NCBI GenBank assembly: GCA_035221665.1
Contig: CM069157.1
Span: forward strand, 7,936,001 to 8,000,000
DNA: 64,000 nt
Direction of reading: 5' to 3'
Source of the DNA: Okamejei kenojei
Lineage: Eukaryota
Shown here: positions 26,901 through 39,300 of the stretch, piece by piece
Layout of the letters: each line of letters opens with the position of its first letter
How positions within the stretch are numbered: position 1 is the stretch's first letter
Notes under the pieces: model-generated
Databases searched by the model: none
What the model was told of the DNA's origin: nothing
What the model saw: the letters and a program-made list of their open reading frames with translations, nothing else
Position numbers and translations under genes: made by a program

Positions 26901-29900
26901 AAATCCACTTAATCCTTGGCTAATACTTCCTGATGAATAGTAATGTTCAGAGTATGTTTCAGTATGTGCTGGACACTATTTCCATCATATCTTCTGGACT
27001 CTGGTAGGATGTTTCGAGACCTAAGATACTCATATAGATAAATTTTGTTGGCTTTTGACTTAATTCTTTTATTTGTGACAGGAGCTATGATCTTGCTTCA
27101 TGAGGGAGCTCGTGGAGAATAATTTATTCGATAGCCTGTTGACGGTCATGTTTTTATAATTCCAGTTTTGGACAGGAAATTATCTGTGAGACAGAGCAGA
27201 GCTGAACTGGTTAAGAAGGGAGTATTGAAAGAGATTCCTGAACAAGGCAAGTATAATGTGTGCAGAATGAAGAGAGATTTCATTAAACAGCCAAACCAAA
27301 TGATTAAGTTGGATTCCTTCTCCTTATTAAACATTTTGAGGAATGCCTTGATGTCGTGATCTTTGCACAGTGATCTAGTGTTGTCACCAGGATCAATTTC
27401 ATTAAGGTACAACTTTGAGCTTGAGAAAGTGTCCTTATCGTTCCCGCCTAATCAGTATAACATACCCAGTCCAATGTAGAGTTAACTGGGAAACCTTTTC
27501 ACGGATGGAAATGGACAAAGTATTTTGAGCTTTGCAGCACCAACATGTTGAACTGGTCACTGACAGCCAACAATCTTGGGCAGTAAATGAAATTCAACAG
27601 ATCAGTGAATTTTCATATGAAATTAATACATGGAAAATATGTACGGTTTGTTACCGACTACGCTATTGCCTGGTGACAACAATAGTTGTAATTCCTTTTA
27701 CGAGCCTGTTGATGCTTTCACAATTCAAGCTTGCAACTCAGCATGATTGCTGCAAATCAGCTAATAGTTTAAACCAAATGAAGCTAAAGCTAATGGTTTA
27801 GTGTGATGTGTTCTATCCCTGAAGTGTCAACATGGTTATAAGAAATGCGGGAGAAATTACTTTCTCAATGGAGTGATTAGAATGCGGAACTTGATATGGT
27901 TGAGATAAACAGCATGGATCCAATTAAGACCAATTTCTATAAATATTTGAGGGTGGATAGATTTATACATTATGCCAATACTGAAGTAGGATGAAATTAA
28001 CTTTACATTGTACATAACATCTTGCTCCATAAAATAACCTCAACACTGGATAATTCTATTAGATTTTTCAATCTTATTTGTTTAATGGGAAACAATTGGA
28101 CGGAATGGCACTGTTGGTTGCTGTAGATTCTGTACTTTTTATCATTTGGAAAGCACAGTCCAAATGAGTGGGGAGAAGTGGATCAATTTGTAACTTTCAA
28201 AAGGGAATTAAATGTCCACTTTGAAACAATAATTTGCTTGAATAGCAGGGAAGAATAGGTGTGTAACCAATAGATCTCGGTTTCAGACAGCTCATGCCTC
28301 CTTTGTGGGAAAATTTAGAGAAAACGTCAGTTTTTTTTCACATTACATATGTGATCCTCTACATGAAAAAATGAAGTATTCTTAAAGAATTGCCCTTCAG
28401 GATGATTCATTTTCAGGGCTTGTTAGTCATAAGTTGAACAGTTGTTTGAAAGAGAGATACAAGGAGCTGCAAATGCTGGAATCTTGAGCAAATCACAAAG
28501 TGCTGGTGTAACTCAGCGGGTCAGCCAGCATCCATGGAGCGAATGGATAGAGGAACATTTCGGGTTGTGACTTTTCAGTCTGAAGAAAGCTCCCAACCCG
28601 AAAGGTCACCTGTATCTTCCCTCCATGGATGCTGCCTGACCCGCTGAGTTACTCCAGCACTTTGTGTTTTGGATTTTTTGAAAGAACCAATACAAGCAAA
28701 AATGTCTAAATGGCAGCTGCTTTCCTGAAAGTTATGTCCCTGTAATCCAGCATTGCATTTTGACACTTTTGGGTTGCATATTTACGGCCATAAAGGTAAA
28801 TATCTTTGTATTATAAAGGAAAGTGACTGTTGAAAGTACTAATTATTGAACAGAGATCTTCAAAATTATGATGGTGTTTGATAAATATGGTCTCTATTTG
28901 TGGAATCCAGAAATATGGGTCATTGAGTATGCTAAGGAATGTAGTCAGTCATGGAGTCTTACAGCGTGGAAACAGGTACTTCGTCCCAACTTGCCCACAC
29001 CAGCCAATACTTGGTTTGAAAATGGAAGATACTACTACAAGAAGTAGTTGGAGTGTCTGATATGATATGTTTAGGAAAGAGTTATGTCTGTACATGACAG
29101 TGAAAAAAAGACTAAATGTGAACAAGGGTGACCAGAGACTTCTTTAAAGTGTACCAGTATTTTTTTTGCTAATGAGTCAATGTCATCCTGTGAAGCTGAG
29201 GCTCAGGATTGAGGTGAGGCTCGTAGGTACATCCGAGGAGTAGTTTTCTTTTCCTGGCTATGAATTAGTCCGATTGTGAAGATTTAAATAAGATCATGAG
29301 ACATAGGAGCAGAATTAGGCTGTTTGGCCCATCGAGTTTGCCTCGCCATTCAATCATGGCTGATCTATTTTTCCCTCTCAAACCCATTCTCTTACCTTCT
29401 CCCCATAACCTTTGCCACCCTTCCTAATCAAGAACCGATCAATCTCTGCTTTAAAAATACCCAATGACTTGGCTTCTCAGCCGTCTGAGGCAATGAATTC
29501 CACAGATTTTGACCCTCTGACTAAAGAAATTCCTCCATCTCCACTTTAAAGGTACATGGGAATAGTAAAACGACGAACTGCGTATGCCAAAGACAACAAA
29601 CAATCTGCACAAAGAGAACAGTTCCTGCCTTTTCAGTGGAATACATGTGCAGGATGCAGTCTCATTTGATTAACAGACAATGAGACTCAACAGGACAACT
29701 TTGAAGCTAGTACGACTTGGGTGGGGAATGGATGGCGAGCGAGAGGGGATGCAAGGGTTACTTGGTTAGAGAAATCAATATTCATACCACTGCGGCCCAA
29801 GCGAAATATGAGGTGCTGTTCCTCCAATTTGCGTTTGGCCACTGGTGAGCGAACACCTTTGAACAGGGAAGGTGCTCTCCTGGTTGCCAAACACTTCAAT

Positions 29901-32900
29901 TGCCCTTCCCATTCCCACACTGGCCTTTCTGTCCTGGGCTTCCACCATTGTCAGAGTGAAGCCAAACGCATATTGGATCTGCACCTATTCTTTTTCTCCA
30001 TGAATGCTGTCTGACCTGCTGAGGTACTCCAGATTTTTGTGTCTCATCTTGGGTATAAACCAACCATATGCAGTTTCTTCCTACACATGCAGTCTTGTAC
30101 GTTGCCTCTACTAAAGTCTCATGCTGACTCTCTTTTTATTATTCTTTGACCAGCTTTGCCTCTGACCCTCATATAAATCTTCCTTGATAGATTCTGTATA
30201 TCTGGATTCCTAAGAACTATTTCACGTTTAAGAGGTTTGTAATAATCTACGGTGCTGATGTCTAGATGATGTTAGTTCTTGTATTGCAGTCCACAAATTA
30301 ATTGTTAGCAGTAAAAATAAACGTGGAAAGGGTATTAGTGCTCCAAGCTGAGATTCTTCCTCACGAGGCATTTTCATTAGTTTTGACATCATTTTCCACG
30401 TTTAATGAGATTTCTGAGACGGCTCTCATTCCGAGTATTTTCTTAATAAGCAAAATGTATCAAACCACCAACCTAACCCATGACATTTCCAAAATGTGAA
30501 TTTAAGCACAGTGACAATATCTGTCATATTTCTCGTTAATGTAGCCACACCAGAGGATATTAATCTTTTTTGAAAACAAAAATTGTGTCAGGAACCAAAA
30601 TTATGAATTTTGTGTCAGCACAAAATTGGCCAAGCATACCCGGAAAATTAATTTTATGCAAAATAAGCTTTTAGATGATCCATTTTAGCAATTAATTGGT
30701 ATATACTTTGAAGCAAGCATCAGGTGACTGTGCGAGCATGAATGTATGGGAGAAATGTATCTCAGTATGAGTGTTAGATGCAAGGGACCAAAGAAGTAAA
30801 TGGAACAGATTTTTTTTTACACAGCTGCTGGTGTCGTAGAGTCACAAAGCACGGAAACAGGCTCTTTGGCCCAACTCATCCATGCCAACCAAGATGCCCA
30901 TCTCAGAGAGTCCTATTTGATCACATAATTTGGGTTGAACTGCCTGACAGTGTGATGATAACAGTTGCTCGGCAGTCATTTTCAGAAGGAAATTTGATGT
31001 ATACTGCAAAAGTAAACTATTTAATTTCCTGAGAAAGAGCAGGAGAGTGGGATTAATTGGATTTTTCTATCAGAGTCATCGCTAATGCACTGAAGCAAAC
31101 ACCTACATCCTGTGTTGTGAAGTGTGTAATTGGAACTTGAAAGTTACCAAGTTTTTTTTTGCCTCGAGCTTGCACCTTTGCAATGGAAAATAGAACCTGA
31201 TTCCACTAAAGTTGCCAGCGTAACTGGTTCTGGAGCTTCAAACCCACCTTTCAAGTTCTGCCTCCCGCACCTGTGCAGAACTTGTTGATTTTATCAACTT
31301 TACTAACTTCCACCTTGCCCTCATTCACTTTGACTATTTCTGACATCTTCCCTTCCCTATCTGCATAAAACATCTCAATATATCTGTCAAAAATAGGGTT
31401 CTCATTTTCCCTTATTGCAGATGGGGAAATTAACAGCAAACCTGACCAGAACAGTACACTAAAGAATGGACACACAGTCCCTGTGGGCGAATTGTCCACC
31501 TCAAAGGAGCCAGAAGTACCAGCTGGAGCTGAGAAAAGACCAAGTGTTTCGAAACCTCCACAGGAAAAAGAGGAAAAAATGATGAACTCTGCTGCAGAAT
31601 TAAAAAAAACGAAAGGTAAGAAATCAAAACCATGCAAAGAGATCTTGTTTTAATTGCAAGATTGCCTTTATCTATTTTGAACATTTACGAAAACCTTCCT
31701 CATTATTGTTTTATGATTGTATAGGAAGATGACCAAGAGAGAAATTGTGTCGTATGTGTTCACGGTATAAATGATATTTTACATGTGGCACTTGAAACTT
31801 AATTTAAAAAAGCAGCCAGCCTTACACTAGTAAAACAGCTTATAGTGGCAGGGTACTGACCTATTCTCACCCACAGACATTTTTCTATATTTCACAACTA
31901 TAAACTGGGTAAATACTTTTTGAGCTGATTTAGAAATCTGAAAACCATTCCAGATAGATCGTTGTTTTCTCCTGACACATTTTGCCAGGTTCTTCAATCA
32001 GTTTAATGTAATTCCTCCTTGACTTGAGCATACAAAAAATAAGTTGTATGGTCAACTTCCTCAATCGTGTTGTACTACTTAACAAACCCTTTTGGTCAAT
32101 TTATCAAACTGAGAATGTTGGTCTTGAACTCGGCAAGTTCCGTATGTTTACTATGTTCCTCAAGATCTTGGTTTCTGACCAACTTGGTGTCCCTTTCAAA
32201 CTGTTACCTAGCACCCAGGTTTCTGCCTGGATATTGGCTTGACATCCTTGATTTAAAAATAAATCAACGCCACCTATTCCCTCCCACCCTAAATAAAAGG
32301 GAAAGGGCAATGAAACAAGATTATTATCCAGTTGAAAAACTATGCACAGTCCTAAAAGGGACATTATAGTGATTTTGTAAATCAATTTTTTGTTCCATTG
32401 TTGGAATTCAAAAGATTCAGAGGAAAGTGTTACCTCATCCTTTACATTTCCATGTCTGTTTTTATGACTGAAAGCCATTCTTTTCCACATACATTGTCAA
32501 TGCGCAACCAAACCAGTTGTGTTTAGATTTGTATTTTATATGCTTGTTTTTCTCATGTGTCCTTACTTTTGCTATTGTAATGCTTTCTCTGCTTGATATA
32601 TGTCTACTTTCAATATTATTATCCAGCAGAGGCTTCGGAGAGGCGTCCAATGTCGGAAATGGAGCCCGTGCGTGACCAGAGACGAGCTTTGATTCCTCCC
32701 AAAAGACCCATTTCAGCTCCCACTCTGGAGACAGGCGAGGGGCAGGTGGAAGATTCCGGAGCCAATGTGTCTGATGCCAAGGATGTCTCTCCCATTATCT
32801 CCACCTTTTCAACTTCCTGTTCTATCACTACCTCCAGTACCACGCAATCTTTGGCCACCACTACGAATACGATCACTACTGTTTCAAGTACAGCTGTCAC

Positions 32901-35900
32901 CTCGACCACCACGGCCCCTGCTAAGCAACCTCCCATCCCACCTCCAAAACCCAACCGGAATAGCAATCCTTTATTCGGTGAGTCAAGGCATGCAAATCTG
33001 CATAACACAATTTGCATTAAAAGTTGAAGGTAGAATTTTACTCTGAAATGAAAAGTTATATCAAATGTAATTTACCTCATTAGTGATTTACAAATGTAAG
33101 AAACAAATTTGTCAGATATTTACTGGTGGATATATTTGTCAACAATTTGTCTGAATCGTACCCTTTGCTGATCACTGAAGATGAGTCAATGGACAGTTTT
33201 TTTTTTCCCCTTTTGAATGAAATTGGATCACTGCATTTACTTTGTTGAAGGGGGAGCCTTGACTGTAAGCTGCTTAATTGTCACAGAGAACAGTAGACAG
33301 GTTTTCTGAAAGATTGAGATGACTAAACAAGGATAAATTCTTTTTTAAGAAGGCAGTACGCTGATTGGAGTAGATGAAAAATCTCTAGGCACCACTCCTT
33401 GATAATTTTGATGCGATTGTATATATTTACAAGTAAGGGTAACAAATGTGTGTTATCCATCTTGTGAACTTGGTATTTTGGATAGTAGCCAAGTAAAGGT
33501 GTCACAGTTTTATTGTCCAAACTTTGTAGCTGCTACGTGAAAGTTTAAGTAAGGAGAACATTTGATTCAGAAAAATGAAAATTAGGTTTTCAGTATGAAA
33601 TTAGTTCAAATAGTCAGGATTGTGATGGAGGGAGTTGGGGAGTTAAAAGGTATGTCCATTTCATTCTATTTGAGTGAGGGTTAAGAGTGAGTGAATTTAA
33701 ATGTGGCCCCCTCCAATCTTGGTTTCTTGCGTTCAGGGGAGCTAACATTGTAACAAACCTGTCTGAGTTTGTGTAGCAGCCTCTCCCTGCCGCCCAGTGT
33801 CCACATATAGCAGCATCACTCAATGTTGCAATCTTGATGCAGCATTACTAATTTGTTGTCTCTCTGATGTCATAAATCTGATGTTTGCACATGTCTCTGG
33901 TTGGTGCAAGAGCTTGAGACATGAAGGTATGTATAAATTAAGTTTAACTTTTTTAAGGTTTCAAGGGAGAGTTAGATTTAGCTCTTAGGGCTAAAGGAAT
34001 CAAGAGTTATGGGGGAAAAAAGCAGGAATGAGGCACTGATTTTAGATCAGCCATGATCATATTGAATGGTGGTGCTGGCTCGAAGGGCCGAATGGCCTAC
34101 TCCTGCACCTATTTTTCTATGTTTCTAACCTGTGTTCTTGCAAGACGTCTCAAATGTAGGAAATTTAAGAGGAAAGTTCAAACTTAAGCAGAATTATCCT
34201 ATTTAATATTTTCATACACTGTTCACCATTGTCTGCAATAGGATATGTTATTTTGTCCAGTTAAGCTATTGCCTTGCTGTTTGTTTCACACACAAGGTCT
34301 CATGATGCTCTGATCAGGAAAAAAACCTTTATGTTTCTAAGCAATGAATAGTGCTGCATTGTTTAAAGGTAGTGAGGTTTGGAACACCAACTCGATTTGC
34401 AATATTCTTTTTCAGCGGAGCTAAGTCACGTCATGACCCCTGGCTTGAATTTGCCAGGTAAGAATTCGCCACCAGTGCCACACAGGAGGATAAGCTTCAA
34501 CCCACCTGTAACCGAGCCAAACAACACTATCCAAAATGCATTCGAGAGCAAGGAGAGAGTGCAGCTACCATCAAAAGTACCGTCATCAGTGCACGCACCC
34601 ACGTCGTCACCGACATTGCCTTCACGCCCACCTTCCGCCCCGGAACCCGCTCCTCGGCAATCCTTCGCACCCAGACTGGTAAAACCTATTCCGCCCACAT
34701 TAACATTCTCTCACAACAATTTACAACATGAGAAAGAACCAGATCAGCGGCCTCATTCTTTGTCTGACCATCAGTCTGACGCCGAGATCCTCCCGAATCG
34801 GCAGTCTCAAGTTCCATTGCACATAATGATACAGCAAGCACTCTGCAGCCCTCGACCAGTCATCACTGCAGCTGATGGTTCGAATACAGCAAAGTCGCAG
34901 CTTTTTGATATTGCCCTTGATGATGCTAGTAAGAACAAAGGGTTGCAAGTCACCTTGGAGAAGTTAAAATGGTGAGTGCGTTTTTTTATTCAATAAGTTA
35001 GCAATGTTACAAAATTTTGCGATTTTAAAAATCAAGTCTGCAATTTATCCCATCAGATAAAGCATAAAAATAAGTTTAATTTGACACCTCATTCACTTTC
35101 ATATCTTCAGTATTAAAAAAGCTATGGCCATTTTCATACTTGGAAATTAGCATCCTGTTCCCTATTGCTTTTCCATTGACAATGCAAAAGCTGTGATCGA
35201 GGACAGTTAAAAGCCCATAATTTTCTTAAAAATTAAGAGAACTGAAATACATTTTCAGTTAATTATAGATTGAAGCATTCTGAAACAAATATGAAACAAT
35301 CTTGCTTGGATGACCTGAAATTAAAGCATATAATTAGTTAGTTACCTAATTGTAGCTAATTACAAAATTCAATTACTAGATTTAAAGATCTATCCATTTC
35401 TTAAGAAAAGATTAACATTTTTAAATAGCCTAAGTGTCCAAATAACATTCAAACAAGAATTCACAATATAACTTCACATTTAAATCTCATTGTCATGAAT
35501 TTTTAGGTCAAATGGAAGGAATTTAGTGTTTAATTCCCGTAAATAAATTGCCATTTTAATCATCTTGCGAGTGGGATTTTGTGGAACGCGATCGATGACA
35601 GGCAGCATCTCTGGAGAACATGGATAGGCATTTTCTGGGGTCTGGACTGGCTTTGGGATCTTCTTCAGACTGGATTTGGGATCTAGTTTCAGTCTGAAAA
35701 AGGCTCCCGACCTGAAATATCACCGATCGATGCCCTCCAGCGGATCTGCCTGACCCGCTGCGTTTATCCAGCACGTTGTGTCTTTTTTTGGTGTTGCTCC
35801 ACTGATGGAACTGTCCATTTTTCATGATAATAGTGTCACGTCCCAAGTTCTGGATCTGTTGGATGCAGCAAAACAATGTTCTATGTTCTTCCACATCTCT

Positions 35901-38900
35901 AATGCTTGGTGTCATAGTCGTACATCACAGAAACAGGCCTTTCAGCCCAAATGGTCCACGCCGACCGGGATGCGTCATCTAAGCTAGTCCCATTTGCCCG
36001 CACTTGGCCCATATCCTTCCAAACTTTTACTATCTGAGTTTCTATTAAATTCTGGTGTAGTATTTGCTTCAACCACATTGTCTGGCAGCCTGTGCACCCA
36101 CCATGCTTCTATGCCTTCTATATTTATTTCGCATATCTCACGGATGTGCATGGTGCAAGGTTAATGTGCCATTCTAATTTGTCCCTAACGTGATAATAAG
36201 AAGTAGAATCTTGCGGGGAGTTGATCAGAGAATACATTGCAGGGAAGAAGTAGTAATGGAGGAAGATTGTTTGGCACTGCCTCAATAGGTTGAATATCGA
36301 CCTGCTATATCATAAGAAAATATAGAAATACGGATTTAAAATATATTCTGATTAAAAAGAAAGGCTAGGCAGAAGCAAAATGACGGGATTAGAGGAAGAG
36401 ATGGAAGGAGGCTAGGATGGAGTACAACACTAGCATTGAACGTTTGGGCCAGTTGGCTGCTTCAATACAATGTGTTTAAGAATTAATTTCTCTGGTCAAT
36501 CTATTCATCCTTCTGTTGTCCTAATGTCACATATGGTTAATTCTGTTGAAAGAGGCATTTTTAAAGTCCAGTTTAGTTTGCAACTGGAAGGTGTACAGTG
36601 AAATGTTTTTTGTTGTGCTATCCAGTCAGCGAAATGACTATACATGCTTACAATCAAGTGGCCATTTTGCATGGAAGGCACTGGTCAATACTTTCATTAC
36701 ATAGCTAACCTTGTGTATTGTAACCTGATCACCAGTCCCTCTGATGATGAAAACACCGAGGATGAAGAGGAGGAGGAACAGGGGGAACAGGGGGAACAGA
36801 GGTTCGGCAAAGCGGATGATCCAACATTAGTTTCAACAGTCATTATCATTCCGGAGCTCGTGAGACAGGATGAAGATACAAGTGACTCTGATGATGATGG
36901 TCCAGTATTGTACAGGGATGACAACGATGAGGATGAGGAAGATGATCAGCCCAGTACGTATTTATTTCACTAACTTCAACCATGTACATGCAAACAAAAT
37001 TTGTGTAAAACCATACCACACAAACTTAAAACCAACATGAGCAACCAATGAAAGGTTGGAAATGTCAAATTAGTATTGAAACCTAGTCCAGCTGCCCATA
37101 ACCCCAACCTAATGAGTAAAATATGCCCTTTTGCTGATTTAATATGCCTTGCCTGAAATAATGATCTGGATATTTTAAAAGTATCGGGTTGTATCCACAA
37201 AGTAACGTACGTAAGATTCTAGTTAATTTTCGTCAGTTGTGGTCTGGACACCGGTTTTTAAACATTCTTTATTAAAATTGTGTGCAGGTTCGTTGGCCAA
37301 TAAAGTAAAGCGAAAAGATACTTTGGCTCTTAAACTGAGCAACAGACCCACAAAGCAGGAACTTATCGAGAAGAACATACTACCTCGCCAGTCTGATCGG
37401 GAGAGGCTCGAGATTCGACAGCAGATTGGAACAGCTCTCATCAGGTGACGAATCATATGAATGGGATGGATAGTGGCATGGTGTTTCTCCAGTGATGGAT
37501 CTGTCAATTTTTCATGACCCTTGTGTCCTAAGTTCTGGATCTGTTGGGTGCAACAAAACAATTTCCTATGTTGTCCGTACAGAAACGTTGCCTGTTTCCT
37601 TCGCTCCATAGATGCTGTCTCACCCGCTGAGTTTCTCCAGCATTTTTGTCTACCTTCCAAGCCTTTGCTGTCCAAGTTTCTTTTAAATGTTAGTGTAGTA
37701 CCTGCTTCAACCACCTTGTCTGACAGCTCCACCCATCTAGGAAATGGCAACTCCGTCCTATAGAGAACATTGCTTTTCCTCCTCGGGTTCCTATGACAAA
37801 ATGCATGATACAACGGATATTCAGCTACTGAGTGAGCCTTGTGGCTTGATGGGTAGACTTTGAGTTCATTTTTTTTATCTTAGCCCCCATTCCAGAGATC
37901 GTACTAAGCACTCACTATCTGGACTGACACTTGCAATGCAGTATGAAGGCATTGGTGCATTTTTGGAAATGCTGCCATATAGATAATCCAGACAGGCTCT
38001 GGAACCAAGGATGGACTCATAGCTGTGGAAGCCATGACATTGGGTATTGTTAAAGTGGAAGTTGATAAGTTCTTGATAAGTAAGGGTATCAAAGGTTATG
38101 GGGAGAGGGCAGGAGAATGGGGTTGCGAGGGAATAATAGATCAGCCATGGTCGAATGGCAGAGCAGACTCGAGGGGCCGAATGGCCTAATTCTGTCATGT
38201 TTTATGATCTAAATCAGATTAAAAGCCCTTTTAGTTCTCTCAGATATGTGTAAAACCTCCCAGAGGTGCTCAAAAAACAGCTGAGTACTTAACCTTTTTG
38301 TCTTGACCAATGTTTATATATTTGTCAACTGCACTAAAAGTAAATAGCTTAACAATTATCAGGGTGGTCTTTACAGGAGCTTTCTGCAAATAAAGAGGCC
38401 ATTGTATTTTTTTGCGTAGAAACAGTAGCTGAATTTCCTTGTACTTCTTTGGCTATTTCCCTCCGGGGATGAATAAAGTTGTATTGTATAAAGTGTGTTA
38501 GGATGTCCTTGGGCACAAAAAACTGCTCTATTATTCAAGTTTTATTTTTTAAATATGGATTCTGAATGACTCGATATCCAAGCATTGTCAGTCTCCTCAG
38601 TACTACACTGTTTCACTAAAGTAAAATATAAAGTGCATTAGGATGTCCTTAGGCACAAAAAACTGCTTTATCCTCCGCCTGCAGTGATCCATATCCTTCC
38701 ATTCCCCAACCATGTGCCTTTGTAAATGTATCTGAAATATTGTATTTACTTCCACCGACCACCCCTGGCATCACATTTCAGGCACCCGCCACTGTCTGCA
38801 TAATGTATAGTTTAGTTTAATTTAATTTATTGTCACGTGTACCAAGGTACAGTGAAGCTTTTAGTGGCGTGTTATCCATTCAGTGGAAAGACTATACATG

Positions 38901-39265
38901 ATTACAATCAAGCCTTCCACAGTGTACAGATACAATGTAGAGAGAATAACGTTTAGTCCAAGATAAGTCCAGTTAAGTCTGATTAAAGATAGTCTGAGGG
39001 TCTTCAATGAGGTAGATAGTAGCTCAGGACTGCTCTCCAGTTGGTAGGTTGTAACCGGCATGGTGGCACAGCAGTACACTTGCTGCCTTACAATGCTTGC
39101 AGCGCAGGAGACCCGGGTTTGACCCCCACTACGGGCACTGGCTGTACGGAGTTTGTACGTTCGCCCATGACTGAGTGGGTTTTCTCCGAGATATTCAGTT
39201 TCCCCCCCACACTCCAAAGACGTACAGGTTTGTAGGTTAATTGACTGGTATAAATGTTAAATGTC

Positions 39266-39300
<35 letters not shown>

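Noticed and set aside
31251-34948. - strand ORFs of 75-132 aa overlapping PHACTR4 exons
   Set aside because: Antisense shadows of coding exons or chance ORFs
38487-38671. 45-bp direct repeat (38487-38531 and 38627-38671)
   Set aside because: Real but small local duplication with no functional signature
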